In this document: in pieces, positions 9,563 to 19,171 of the stretch
Position numbering within the stretch: position 1 is the first letter of the stretch
How the letters are laid out: every line of letters begins with the position of its first letter
NCBI GenBank assembly: GCA_046758965.1
Contig: JBHIBG010000009.1
Location: 1-58,016 of the forward strand
DNA: 58,016 bases
Direction of reading: 5' to 3'
Source: Candidatus Methylomirabilia bacterium
Lineage (GTDB): Bacteria > Methylomirabilota > Methylomirabilia > Rokubacteriales > CSP1-6
Made by a program: the position numbers and the translations under genes
The notes under the pieces: generated by a model
Seen by the model: only the letters and a program-made list of their open reading frames with translations
Told to the model about the DNA's origin: nothing
Database searches by the model: none

Positions 9563-10312
9563 CTACTGCGTCGGGCCGATCGGCCCTTCGGCCCCCCCTC
9601 GGATGAACTGCTGCACCACCGGGTTGGCGGAGTGCTGGATCGTCTGAGGGGGGCCGGTCTCAACGATAACGCCGTCGTGGAGCATGGCGACCCGGTGCGC
9701 GATCTCGAAAATCTCAGGGATCTCGTGGCTTACCATGACGGCCGTGAAGCGGAACTTCTGGTGGAGGTCCAGAATCAGGTGGTGGATGGAGTTGACGAGC
9801 ACCGGATCCAGCCCGGTGGTGGGCTCATCGAAGAAGACGATCTCGGGCTCCGTCACGAGCGCGCGGGCGATGGCGACGCGCTTCTTCATCCCCCCGGAGA
9901 TCTCCGCCGGGTATTTGTGGCCCATGCCGATGAGTCCGACCTGGGCCAGCTTCTCCTCCACCCGCGCACGGATCTCGGCGGGGGAGAGCCGGGTTTTCTC
10001 CCCGAGGGGGAAGGCCACATTGTCGAAGACCGTCAGGGAATCGAACAGGGCGCCCCCCTGAAACACCACCCCGTAGCGCTCGCGTATCCGGTCCAGGGCC
10101 GGTCCGCGGAGGTTGGTGATGTCAGTCCCGTCCACCAGGACCCGGCCCGATTCCGGCCGCAGGAGCCCCAGCAGGTGCCTGAGAAACACCGATTTCCCCC
10201 CCCCGCTCCGGCCGATCACGATCATGATCTCGCCGGTCGCGACCTCGAGGGAGAGCCCTCGGAGGACCGGCTGCCCGTCGAAGGCCTTGTGGAGGGCATC
10301 GACGACGATCAC
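9563..10312 (-). CDS. mlaF: MlaF-type ABC ATPase
   Basis: GRSGGGKS, FQGGALFDS, ISGGMKKRVAIARAL, DEPTTGLDP. Confidence 0.93.
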   Translation of the reverse strand: MIVVDALHKAFDGQPVLRGLSLEVATGEIMIVIGRSGGGKSVFLRHLLGLLRPESGRVLVDGTDITNLRGPALDRIRERYGVVFQGGALFDSLTVFDNVAFPLGEKTRLSPAEIRARVEEKLAQVGLIGMGHKYPAEISGGMKKRVAIARALVTEPEIVFFDEPTTGLDPVLVNSIHHLILDLHQKFRFTAVMVSHEIPEIFEIAHRVAMLHDGVIVETGPPQTIQHSANPVVQQFIRGGAEGPIGPTQ

Positions 10313-11103
10313 GGGAGGACGGACCCCATGAAGTAATCCCAGACCAGGATCAGCACCGACGAGGTTACCACCGCCTGGGTGGTTGCGCGGGAGACTCCTT
10401 CGGCGCCGTGCCCTGTGTAGTACCCTTTGTAGGCGCAGGTCCAGGTCACGATAACCCCAAAGGTGACTGACTTCCAGAATCCGGTCATGATGTCGTCCAT
10501 TTCCACGAACGTCCCCATCTCCCCGAAGTATGTCCCCTCGGACAGACCAAGAAGCTTCACCCCCACCAGGTAGCCGCCGAAGATCCCCACCGTGTTGAAG
10601 ATGGCGCCCATGAGCGGGAAGGTGATGAGACCGGCAACGATCACCGGAACCACGAGGTAGCGGATGGGGTTCAGTGCCATAACCGTGAGAGCGTCGATCT
10701 GCTCGGTAATCCGCATGATCCCGATCTCGGCGGTCAGCGCCGAGCCCGCCCGTCCGGTGACCATGAGGGCGGAGAGGACCGGTCCCAGCTCCCGGATCAG
10801 GGTGAGGGCCAGCGCCGGCCCCAGGAAGGCCTCGGAGCCGAACCGGGTGAGCGTGAAGAAGAGCTGGAGCCCCAGCACCATTCCGGTGAAGGCGCCGGTC
10901 AGCACGATCACAGGGAGAGACTTAAAGCCGATGAAGTGAATGCGATGGAAGAGCTGTCGCAGCCTGAAGGGTGGGACAAAGGTCCAGATCACGGCCTGGC
11001 CCAAAAAGAGCCCGAAGCGTCCCAGGGCGTGAACCACCCCCAGGGAGATTTGACCGAGGAGCTGAACAGGAGCCAGGAGCGCGGGCGCAGCGGGTCCGGT
11101 CAT
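10309..11103 (-). CDS. mlaE: MlaE-type ABC permease
   Basis: RELGPVLSALMVTGRAGSA, MRITEQIDAL, GAEGVSRATT; ATG 11103 overlaps the shc stop (ATGA). Confidence 0.93.
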   Translation of the reverse strand: MTGPAAPALLAPVQLLGQISLGVVHALGRFGLFLGQAVIWTFVPPFRLRQLFHRIHFIGFKSLPVIVLTGAFTGMVLGLQLFFTLTRFGSEAFLGPALALTLIRELGPVLSALMVTGRAGSALTAEIGIMRITEQIDALTVMALNPIRYLVVPVIVAGLITFPLMGAIFNTVGIFGGYLVGVKLLGLSEGTYFGEMGTFVEMDDIMTGFWKSVTFGVIVTWTCAYKGYYTGHGAEGVSRATTQAVVTSSVLILVWDYFMGSVLP

Positions 11104-13019
11104 CTGCGGGTTTGACGGTAGACTCCCAGGGCCCACAGGGGAAAGTACTTGGCATAGTAGTGGTACTTGAGATAGAAGATCCGGGGGAATCCCGCCCCGT
11201 TCCAGCGGTGATCCTCCCAGCTGCCGTCCGCCCGTTGAGTCCGCAGGAGATAGCGGATCCCACCCTCGACCGCGGGGCCTGTGATCTGTCCGCCGGCGAC
11301 CAGGGCGAGCAGAGCCCAGGCTGTCTGGGTCGGCGTCGAGGGGCCCTCTCCAGCCAAGGAGGGGTCATCGTAGCTCTCGCACCCCTCGCCCCACCCCCCA
11401 TCCGGGTTCTGCTTGGCCAGGAGCCATGCCAGGGCTCGCTGGATGTAGCTCTGGGAGAGGTCTTCGCCGATGGCCCGGAGTCCCCGGAGCACTGACCAGG
11501 TGCCGTAGATATAGTTGACTCCCCAGCGCCCGTACCATGGTCCGTCCGGGGCTTGCCTCCGCCTCAGGAAGGCGATCCCTCGCCGGGCCGGAGGGAAGTC
11601 CGGTCCGTGGCCGAGGGTGCCAAGGAGCTCGAGCTCCCGGCCGGTGAGATCCTCCGTGGAGGGATCCAGGAGTGCGCCGTGGTCGGCAAAGGGGATGTTG
11701 TTGAGCACCAGGCGATCGTTGTCCGTATCGAAGGAGCCCCACCCTCCGTCGCGCCCTTGCATCCCGAGGACCCAGTGGAGCCCCCGCTCCAGGGCGAAGC
11801 GCTTCCGATCCGGATCAAGCTCGTTGATCTTCCAGAGCGCTACCATCACCATCCCGGCGTCGTCCAAGTCCGGGTAAAAATCGTTCCCGTGCTGAAAAGG
11901 CCACCCCCCGGGCTGGACCTTCGGGCGCTTGACCTGCCAGTCGCCCGGCGCGAGCACCTGCTTGGCTAGAAGCCATTCGCCGGCCCGGAGAAGCGCCGGG
12001 TGGTTGGCGGGGAGCCCGGACTCGATGAGCGCATTGACCGTGAGCGCTGTGTCCCACACCGGGGAGGTGCACGGCTGGTAGTGAACGCTCTCCAGGGTCT
12101 CGAGGGCCAGGGCCTCGATCTCCTTGAGCTGACCACGGATCAGCGGGTGGTCGGACGGGTAGCGCAGGCAGCGGAGGGCGAGCACGGCGTTTGCCATGGC
12201 GGGATAGATCCCCCCCAGCCCGCCGGGCACCGCCAGGCGCGGTTCGAGCCACCTCCGTGCCGCTTCCAGCGCGCGGCCGCGGAAGGGGCGCGGTCCCCAT
12301 CGCTCCCAGGCCTTGAGGGCGTCGTCCACGGCAATGAAGAAATTCTTCCAGAACAGGGCCTTGGCTGAGAATGGCCGGGGCATGCGGGGGAAACGGAGCC
12401 GGGCACGGTCTCGCGGCACGGGCCAGAGCTCGCCGAGCCCGAGATGGGGCGGGAGGAGCTTGACCGGCCGGGAATCCATGACGATGAGGAGCGGGACGAT
12501 CACTGTGCGCGACCAGTAGGAGACCTCGGAGAGGTTGAAGTACGACCATCGGGGGAGGAGCATGATCTCCACCGGCATCGAGGGCACGGCCGACCACGGG
12601 TATTCACCGAACTGGGCCAGGGTGATCTTCGTGAAGACATTCGCCGCCACCGGACCCCCCATCTCCCGGATCAGCCGTCGCGCAGACACCAAGGCCGGAT
12701 CCTCGAACGGAACGCCGGCGAGCTTCAGAGCGAAATACACCTTGATGGTCGCGGAGAGATCGGCGCGCCCCCCTTCGAAGAGGTTCCACCCCCCGTTCGG
12801 AAGCTGGCGGGCTCGTAGATACGCGACGGCTTTGACCTCCCGCTCGTGATCCACCTGGTCCAGCAGGTGGCGCAAGAGGAGGTACTCGGCGGTGATGGTG
12901 CTGTCGGCCTCCAGTTCCCCCACCCAGTGGCCGTCATCGGCCTGGGTGCGAAGCAGAAAGGCCTGAGCGCACTCGATGGCCGTGTCAATGGTGGCAGGGG
13001 ACAGTGCGGAGGCTGCCAT
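11100..13019 (-). CDS. shc: Squalene-hopene cyclase
   Basis: QW repeats (QADDGHW, QLPNGGW, QNPDGGW), SPVWDT, catalytic PDLDD, WYGRWGVNYIYGT, GFPRIFYLKY. Confidence 0.97.
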   Translation of the reverse strand: MAASALSPATIDTAIECAQAFLLRTQADDGHWVGELEADSTITAEYLLLRHLLDQVDHEREVKAVAYLRARQLPNGGWNLFEGGRADLSATIKVYFALKLAGVPFEDPALVSARRLIREMGGPVAANVFTKITLAQFGEYPWSAVPSMPVEIMLLPRWSYFNLSEVSYWSRTVIVPLLIVMDSRPVKLLPPHLGLGELWPVPRDRARLRFPRMPRPFSAKALFWKNFFIAVDDALKAWERWGPRPFRGRALEAARRWLEPRLAVPGGLGGIYPAMANAVLALRCLRYPSDHPLIRGQLKEIEALALETLESVHYQPCTSPVWDTALTVNALIESGLPANHPALLRAGEWLLAKQVLAPGDWQVKRPKVQPGGWPFQHGNDFYPDLDDAGMVMVALWKINELDPDRKRFALERGLHWVLGMQGRDGGWGSFDTDNDRLVLNNIPFADHGALLDPSTEDLTGRELELLGTLGHGPDFPPARRGIAFLRRRQAPDGPWYGRWGVNYIYGTWSVLRGLRAIGEDLSQSYIQRALAWLLAKQNPDGGWGEGCESYDDPSLAGEGPSTPTQTAWALLALVAGGQITGPAVEGGIRYLLRTQRADGSWEDHRWNGAGFPRIFYLKYHYYAKYFPLWALGVYRQTRR

Positions 13020-13028
13020 CGGAGGACG

Positions 13029-13105
13029 ATCGTATCACAGAGGACAGAAAATGAAAATGTAATGTTAGGCAGTCCCTTGAAAAACTCCATTAATTTCGGT
13101 AATGT
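13029..13105. promoter_or_regulatory. AT-rich divergent promoter region of the lipid cluster
   Basis: Plus strand: TTGAAA(13077)-N17-TAATGT. Minus strand: extended -10 TGnTACGAT (13029-13037) ending 9 nt before the shc ATG. Confidence 0.55.
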
Positions 13106-13131
13106 GCCTCGCGGGTTGGTCGGGGCTCCGC

Positions 13132-13923
13132 ATGACAGACGGTCTCGGTCTCTTCCTCGGTACCGTCCTCCTTCGGCCGTACGTCTTTCTCTTCCTGGCC
13201 GTCGGCCTTGTGGCGGCCACGCGGGACCTCGGCGGCCGTCGCGCTCTGGCGTTCACGGCCTGGGCTTGGGCCGTGGCCTTTGTCGCCGAGTACTCGTCGA
13301 CTCGCACGGGGATCCCCTTCGGGCTCTACCACTACACGCAAGTTACCCGGGGGCAGGAACTCTACCTGGCCAACGTCCCGTTCATGGACTCCCTCTCCTT
13401 CAGCTTCCTGGCGTACGCCGCGTTCTCGCTCGCCCGCTCCGTGCTGAACAGAGAGAGGGGGTTCCGCGTCATCGCCCTCACGGGGCTCTTGATGATGTGG
13501 CTTGATCTGGTCATCGACCCCCTGGCCGTGAGGGGCGATCGCTGGTTTCTGGGGCGGATTTTCTACTACCCGGCTGGCGGAGTATACTTCGGGGTGCCCC
13601 TCTCCAATTTCCTGGGCTGGGCCGTTGTGGGGTGGGCGATCGCGGGGGGGTATCTGGCCATGAGCGGGCCGCGGAGGATCGGTCGGCCCGGTCTCGGCAC
13701 GGGGCTCTACTACGGCGTCCTGGCGTTCAACTTGGCGATGACCTGGTGGATCGGTGAGCGCCTGCTCCTCGGCGTGGGAATCCTCCTCCACGCGGCGGTG
13801 TTGCTGTCGCTCCTGTCCTTGAAACGCGTGAAGGCGCTCCGGGGCGAGCGGATGTTTGGCCCGCTTGGGGCTTCGGATCTCTCGGCACCGACTGCGGCGG
13901 CAAAACGGGTCCATAGATCATGA
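13132..13923 (+). CDS. CruF/DUF422 carotenoid 1,2-hydratase-like membrane protein
   Basis: AEYSSTRTGIPFGLYHYT, DLVIDPLAV, YFGVPLSNFLGW motifs; multi-TM. Confidence 0.8.
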   Translation: MTDGLGLFLGTVLLRPYVFLFLAVGLVAATRDLGGRRALAFTAWAWAVAFVAEYSSTRTGIPFGLYHYTQVTRGQELYLANVPFMDSLSFSFLAYAAFSLARSVLNRERGFRVIALTGLLMMWLDLVIDPLAVRGDRWFLGRIFYYPAGGVYFGVPLSNFLGWAVVGWAIAGGYLAMSGPRRIGRPGLGTGLYYGVLAFNLAMTWWIGERLLLGVGILLHAAVLLSLLSLKRVKALRGERMFGPLGASDLSAPTAAAKRVHRS

Positions 13924-14942
13924 GCGTGCCGATCTCTCAAATGTGGGCTGTGGCGTCCCACGTGCTGAAGCAGAAAGTGCGGGGGCGGAAGCGGTATCCG
14001 CTGGTGTTGATGCTGGAGCCGCTCTTCCGATGCAATCTGACATGTGCGGGTTGCGGGAAGATCCAGTACCCGGCTCAAATTCTGAGGAAGCATCTGACGG
14101 TCGAGGCCTGCCTGAAGGCGGTGGACGAATGCGGCACTCCCATCGTGAGTATCCCCGGCGGAGAGCCGCTCATCTACCCCGAGATCGGCGGGCTGGTAGA
14201 CGCCCTGGTGAGGCGCAAGAAGTACGTCTACCTCTGCACCAACGCCCTTCTCCTGAAGGAGAAGCTGGAGCAGGGCGTCTTCACGCCGTCCAGGTACCTG
14301 ACGTTCAGCATTCACATGGACGGCCTTCGTGAAGAGCACGATGAAGCGGTGTGCCGCGACGGCGTCTACGACACGGCCGTCGAGGGGATCAAGGAGGCCC
14401 TCCGGCGCGGGTTCCGGGTCACGACGAACACCACTCTCTTTGAGGGCGCCAACCCCTTTCGGATGCGAGAATTCTTCGATGAGATGACGAACCTGGGTGT
14501 GGAAGGCATGACGCTCTCCCCCGGCTACAGCTATTCCAAAGCCCCAGACCAGGAGCACTTCCTCTGGCGAAGCAAGACCCAGGAGGTGTTCTCGACGATG
14601 CTGTCCAATCCCAAGAAGCGCTGGAAGTTCAATCAATCGCCGCTGTTCTTGCAGTTCCTCATGGGCAAGCATGACTACGACTGCACTCCATGGGGCAACC
14701 CCACGTTCAACATCTTCGGTTGGCAGCGTCCCTGCTATCTCCTGCAGGAAGGCTACGCCGAGAGCTTTCAGGATCTCATGGAACGCACCCGCTGGGAGAA
14801 CTACGGGAGGAGGAGCGGCAACGAGAAGTGCCGCGATTGCATGGTGCATTGCGGCTTTGAAGCGACGGCGGTGGATCAGACCTTCAGCACGTGGCAGGGG
14901 TTCAAGGACACGGTCGTGGCGACCATCACGGGGAAGCTGTAG
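13920..14942 (+). CDS. hpnH: Adenosylhopane synthase, radical SAM
   Basis: YPLVLMLEPLFRCNLTCAGCGKIQY, CTPWGNPT, CMVHCGFE. Confidence 0.96.
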   Translation: MSVPISQMWAVASHVLKQKVRGRKRYPLVLMLEPLFRCNLTCAGCGKIQYPAQILRKHLTVEACLKAVDECGTPIVSIPGGEPLIYPEIGGLVDALVRRKKYVYLCTNALLLKEKLEQGVFTPSRYLTFSIHMDGLREEHDEAVCRDGVYDTAVEGIKEALRRGFRVTTNTTLFEGANPFRMREFFDEMTNLGVEGMTLSPGYSYSKAPDQEHFLWRSKTQEVFSTMLSNPKKRWKFNQSPLFLQFLMGKHDYDCTPWGNPTFNIFGWQRPCYLLQEGYAESFQDLMERTRWENYGRRSGNEKCRDCMVHCGFEATAVDQTFSTWQGFKDTVVATITGKL

Positions 14943-14944
14943 TG

Positions 14945-15045
14945 CCTCGGGGGGAAGTTGGGTACGCGAAGACGCCTCGCCGTGGCGAGGCTCTCGAGGG
15001 CCCGAGCCCGAGGCGAGGGGAGAGGGGCGGAGCCCCCCTCCGAGG
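14945..15045. repeat. Intergenic copy of the palindromic repeat family
   Basis: TACGCGAAG..GCCTCGC..GCGAGGC inner module followed by GGGGCGGAGCCCCCCTCCGAG end. Confidence 0.75.
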
Positions 15046-15054
15046 TTGCCCGCG

Positions 15055-15396
15055 ATGACGCTCGAAGGCTGGGTGCCGAACCTCGGGGAGTACCTGACCC
15101 TTGCCGAGGTGGTCGATCTGGCCTTTGACTACCGGGGCAATACCACGGTTGTGAAGGTCGACGGGACCGAGGTCGAAGGGTATATTTTCGACCGGAATGC
15201 CGAGACGCCCGAGCCCTTCGTCCAGATCTTCGACCTGGCCGGGAACGGGCCGCTCAAGATCCCGTACGCGGAGATCCGGAATATCAAGTTCACCGGCAGG
15301 GATCTGGCGGCAGGCAACTCCTGGCTTGCCTGGCTCGAGCACAAGGAGAGGGAAAAGGCCGAGAGAGCGGCCCGCCTCGACAAGGGGACGGCGTGA
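15055..15396 (+). CDS. Small hypothetical protein (113 aa) inside the hpn operon
   Basis: Protein-like composition (AFDYRGNTT, EGYIFDR, FTGRDLAAG); stop overlaps the next start (GTGA). Confidence 0.75.
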   Translation: MTLEGWVPNLGEYLTLAEVVDLAFDYRGNTTVVKVDGTEVEGYIFDRNAETPEPFVQIFDLAGNGPLKIPYAEIRNIKFTGRDLAAGNSWLAWLEHKEREKAERAARLDKGTA

Positions 15397-16157
15397 CCGG
15401 TAGCCTCATCCTCCTCACCGCGGTCGAGCTCGAAGCGCGGGGCCTGGCCCGCGAGCTGGAGCTCGGTCGACTCCACGGAGTTCCCTTTCCATGTTACGCG
15501 GGAACGCTCCCCGCCGGCCCCGTGGTGCTTGCCCCGATGGGGCTCCGCGCGAGGCTGCTCCCTGATCGCTGGCCCGCCCTTGTTGCCGGGTTCGGCCCGG
15601 CCCTCGTGATCTCGACCGGGACGTGCGGGGCCCTGGATCCTTCCCTCGAGGTTGGGGAGCTGGTCCTGGCGCGCGAGGTCCTGACAGCGGAGCGCGGCTC
15701 GCTGGCCGTGAGCCCGGAAGCGATCGAGGCGTTGCCCGGCGCCGCCGCCACGGGCTGCCCGGCCCGTCTCGGGACGCTCTTCTGCGCTGACAGGGTTGTC
15801 GCGACCTCGCGGGCCAAGGCAGAGTTGCGGCAAACCACCGGCGCTATCGCGGTGGATCTCGAGTCCGGTCCCATCTTGGAATTCGCCCGAAGCCGGGGGC
15901 TGCCGGCCTTCGTGCTGCGTGGGGTCTCAGATTCGGCGGATCAGCCGCTCCCCCCCGAGCTGGCCGCGTTGGTGACCCCGGCCGGAACGCTTCGCGCGGG
16001 TCGCGCGCTCGGACTGGCCCTGACGCACCCGGGGACGCTCTCCCAGGCCCTCGCCCTTCGCAGGGGGACCTCTCGCGCCCTGAAGAATGTTGCGAGGTTC
16101 CTCGCCCACGTTCCCGCCCCCATCGCGCTGAGGCTGGAGCAGCCGCCGAGCGCTTGA
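15393..16157 (+). CDS. hpnG: Hopanoid-associated nucleosidase/phosphorylase (HpnG-like)
   Basis: STGTCGALDP, AVDLES, LRGVSD PNP/MTAN motifs; between hpnH and hpnA. Confidence 0.75.
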   Translation: MTGSLILLTAVELEARGLARELELGRLHGVPFPCYAGTLPAGPVVLAPMGLRARLLPDRWPALVAGFGPALVISTGTCGALDPSLEVGELVLAREVLTAERGSLAVSPEAIEALPGAAATGCPARLGTLFCADRVVATSRAKAELRQTTGAIAVDLESGPILEFARSRGLPAFVLRGVSDSADQPLPPELAALVTPAGTLRAGRALGLALTHPGTLSQALALRRGTSRALKNVARFLAHVPAPIALRLEQPPSA

Positions 16158-16246
16158 GTTCGGGAGAGATGCTCCCGAGAGGGTCCCGTGTCCGGGTTCG
16201 ATCTTAGCCAATTGACATCCCGCTGGAGAGATCCTCCGGAGCCTCT

Positions 16247-17275
16247 ATGCGCGCTCTCGTGACCGGGGGGACCGGGTTTGTCGGTGCCAATCTGGTCCGG
16301 GAGCTCCTCGCCGATGGCTACACGGTCAGGGTTCTCGTCCGGGCTCAGAGTAGCCGGCGGGCTCTGGAGGGGTGCCACGTCGAGCTGGTCGAGGGGGACT
16401 TGCTGGATCCCGAGTCGCTCAGCCGAGCGGTGGCAGGTGCGAACGTCGTGTTCCACGTAGCCGCCGACTACCGCCTCTGGGTCCCGGATCCTGAGATCCT
16501 CTACCGCACGAACGTCGATGGCACCCGCCATCTCCTTGAAGCCTGCGCTGAGGCCGCGATCGAGCGCGTGGTGTGCACCTCGACGGTCGGCACCCTGGGC
16601 GTCCCGAAGAGCGGCCTGCCCGGTACGGAGAGCACTCCGGTGGGGATTGATGAGATGGTGGGTCCCTATAAGCGTTCCAAGTTCCTGGCCGAGCGGCTCG
16701 CCGAGGAGTTCGCGCTCAAGGGGCTTCCTGTCGTTATCGTGAATCCGTCGGCGCCCGTCGGGCCGTGGGATGTCAAGCCCACCCCCACCGGCCGGATGAT
16801 CGTCGACTTCCTGCTCGGCAGGATGTTCGCCACGCTGGATACCGGGTTGAACCTGGTCCACGTCAGGGATGTGGCTCGCGGGCACATCCTGGCTGCGGAG
16901 AAGGGGCGGGTCGGAGAGAAGTACATCCTGGGGCACCAGAACTGCTCTCTCGAGGCGATCTTCGGAGTGCTCGCCCGGATTACCGGACTCCCGCCTCCCC
17001 GGCATCGGGTGCCGTACCCGCTCGCCTGGCTCGCCGCCCTCACGATGGAGGGCGTGTCCCGGCTCAACGGGCGGCCGCCCCGGGCATCGCTGACGGCCGT
17101 GAGGATGGCGAAGAAGCGCATGTTCTTCGACCCGAGTAAGGCCGTGAAGGAGCTCGGCCTTCCCACGAGCCCCGTGGAGCAGGCCCTTGAGGACGCCGTC
17201 CAGTGGTTCGTCTCTCACGGGCACGCTCCAGCGCCCCCCCGGCAGCCCGGTGAGAGCCTGTGGGCCCGGCGGTGA
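16247..17275 (+). CDS. hpnA: Hopanoid-associated NAD-dependent epimerase/reductase
   Basis: VTGGTGFVG, FHVAADYRLW, YKRSK, DVKPTPTG. Confidence 0.93.
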   Translation: MRALVTGGTGFVGANLVRELLADGYTVRVLVRAQSSRRALEGCHVELVEGDLLDPESLSRAVAGANVVFHVAADYRLWVPDPEILYRTNVDGTRHLLEACAEAAIERVVCTSTVGTLGVPKSGLPGTESTPVGIDEMVGPYKRSKFLAERLAEEFALKGLPVVIVNPSAPVGPWDVKPTPTGRMIVDFLLGRMFATLDTGLNLVHVRDVARGHILAAEKGRVGEKYILGHQNCSLEAIFGVLARITGLPPPRHRVPYPLAWLAALTMEGVSRLNGRPPRASLTAVRMAKKRMFFDPSKAVKELGLPTSPVEQALEDAVQWFVSHGHAPAPPRQPGESLWARR

Positions 17276-17285
17276 GGTCCGAGCG

Positions 17286-18155
17286 GTGAACGCGGCAGAA
17301 TTCTGCTCTTCGTTGACCAAGAAGAGCCGCTCCAATTTCTACTACGCCTTCCTGTTCCTGCCCCGCGATCAGCGGGAGGCCATGTACGCGGTGTACGCCT
17401 TCTGCCGGATCGTTGACGACGTGGTGGATCTGGGGGGAGATCCGGGGAGCCGGCGCTGGGAGCTCGGGCGCTGGCGGCAGGAGGTTGCGCGATGTTTCGA
17501 GGGGGTCCCCGCGGAGCCGGTGGCCCAGCGCCTGGCGCAGGCGGTCAAGCGGTTCCCCATCCCCCGGCATGCCCTGGAAGCGATCATCGACGGGGTGGAG
17601 ATGGACCTGGATCGCTCCCGGTACGAGACCTTCGAGGAGCTCTATCCCTACTGCTACCGGGTGGCCTCGGCGGTGGGCCTCTGCTGCATCGAGATCTTCG
17701 GCTACACCGACCCCCGCTGCCGGGAGTACGCGATCAACCTCGGGGTGGCGCTCCAGCTCACGAACATCCTGCGGGATGTTCAACCTGACGCACAGCACGG
17801 CCGAGTCTATCTTCCCCAGGAGGACCTGCGCCGCTTCGGGGTCGCCGTCGAGGATCTCGCGGCGGGGCACTACTCGGAGCGATTCGTCAGGTTCATGAGC
17901 TTCGAAGCCCGGCGGGCCATGGAGTTTTATGAGCGCGCGTGGGCCGTCCTCCCTGCCCGGGACGCCTCCCGCCTCTTCGCTGCTGAGATCATGGGGCGGA
18001 TCTACTACTCCCTCCTCCGCGTGATGGAGGCCCGGGAGTTCCGAGTCTTCGGTGGGCGCGTCACGGTGTCGGTGTCGCGGAGGCTCGCCATTGCCCTTCG
18101 CTACTGGGTGGGGGCTCGGCTGTCCTGGGCGGGAGGCTCGGGGCTCGCCCCATGA
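17286..18155 (+). CDS. hpnD: Presqualene diphosphate synthase
   Basis: SNFYYAFLFLP, FCRIVDDVVD, YCYRVASAVGL, LQLTNILRD; GTG start at 17286. Confidence 0.85.
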   Translation: MNAAEFCSSLTKKSRSNFYYAFLFLPRDQREAMYAVYAFCRIVDDVVDLGGDPGSRRWELGRWRQEVARCFEGVPAEPVAQRLAQAVKRFPIPRHALEAIIDGVEMDLDRSRYETFEELYPYCYRVASAVGLCCIEIFGYTDPRCREYAINLGVALQLTNILRDVQPDAQHGRVYLPQEDLRRFGVAVEDLAAGHYSERFVRFMSFEARRAMEFYERAWAVLPARDASRLFAAEIMGRIYYSLLRVMEAREFRVFGGRVTVSVSRRLAIALRYWVGARLSWAGGSGLAP

Positions 18156-19171
18156 ACGCGGCGATCTACCGCGGAGCCGGGGTGGTGGAGTGGGGAGCCT
18201 GGCCCGAACCGACAGTGGGGCCCGGAGAGCTCGTCCTCAAGCTCCGGGGGTGCGGGCTCTGCGGCTCGGACATCACCAAGATCCAGCAGGGGCGGGTGCG
18301 TCCCCCCGCGGTCTTTGGCCACGAAGCGGTCGGAGAGGTCGCGGCGGTGGGAGAGGGCGTCACGGCCTTCGCCGTGGGGAACCGGCTGGTGGTGGGCCAC
18401 CATGTCCCCTGCTCCACCTGTCATTTCTGCCGGCGCGGCAGCCCCTCGATGTGCCGCGCATTCAAGAGCGTCAACCTGGATCCCGGTGGCTTTGCCGAGT
18501 ACTGCCGGGTGCCTGCTCCCAACGTGCGGCATGCGGCCTTCCGGGTTCCCGAGGAGTGTCCCGACGAGGTGGCCTCGTTCACCGAGCCCTTGGCGTGCTG
18601 TCTCCGTGCCGTGAAGCGAGCGAGGCTCCTGCCCGGCGATAGCGCCCTCGTCGTGGGGCTCGGGTCCATCGGCTGTCTCCTGGTCCAGTTGCTCACGCGG
18701 TCCGGGGTCCGTGCCCTGGCCGCAGAGCCGATCTCGGAGCGGCAGCGCCTGGCCCGGCGCTTCGGAGCCGAAGCGTACGGAGAGCCGGATCGGCTCGCTG
18801 AGGCCGTCAGGGAGGCGACCGAAGGGCGGGGCGTAGACGTGGCGCTGATCACCGCCGGCGGGGCGGCGGTGCTGACCTCGCTGAGCGCGCTGGTGAGGGA
18901 CGGCGGCGCCTTCCACTACTTTGCAGGTGGAGCGAACGAGCCCCTGCCGATCCCGCTGGACTCCCTCTACCACCGGGAGCTCACGGTGACGGCGACTTAC
19001 TCTGCCGCGCCGGCCGAGTTCGGGGAGGCCTTCGAGCTCCTGGTGCACGGCCACGTCCAGGTGGAGCCGCTGGTGAGTCATCGGCTCCCGTTGCGCGAGC
19101 TGGCCGAGGGCGTGCGGCTCACCGTCAGTCGCCAGGCGATCAAGGTGTTCCTCACCGGGGGAGCGCCGTGA
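18152..19171 (+). CDS. Zn-dependent medium-chain (sorbitol/threonine-type) dehydrogenase 1
   Basis: CGSD, GHE, CxxCxxC..C structural Zn site, GLGSIG. Confidence 0.9.
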   Translation: MNAAIYRGAGVVEWGAWPEPTVGPGELVLKLRGCGLCGSDITKIQQGRVRPPAVFGHEAVGEVAAVGEGVTAFAVGNRLVVGHHVPCSTCHFCRRGSPSMCRAFKSVNLDPGGFAEYCRVPAPNVRHAAFRVPEECPDEVASFTEPLACCLRAVKRARLLPGDSALVVGLGSIGCLLVQLLTRSGVRALAAEPISERQRLARRFGAEAYGEPDRLAEAVREATEGRGVDVALITAGGAAVLTSLSALVRDGGAFHYFAGGANEPLPIPLDSLYHRELTVTATYSAAPAEFGEAFELLVHGHVQVEPLVSHRLPLRELAEGVRLTVSRQAIKVFLTGGAP

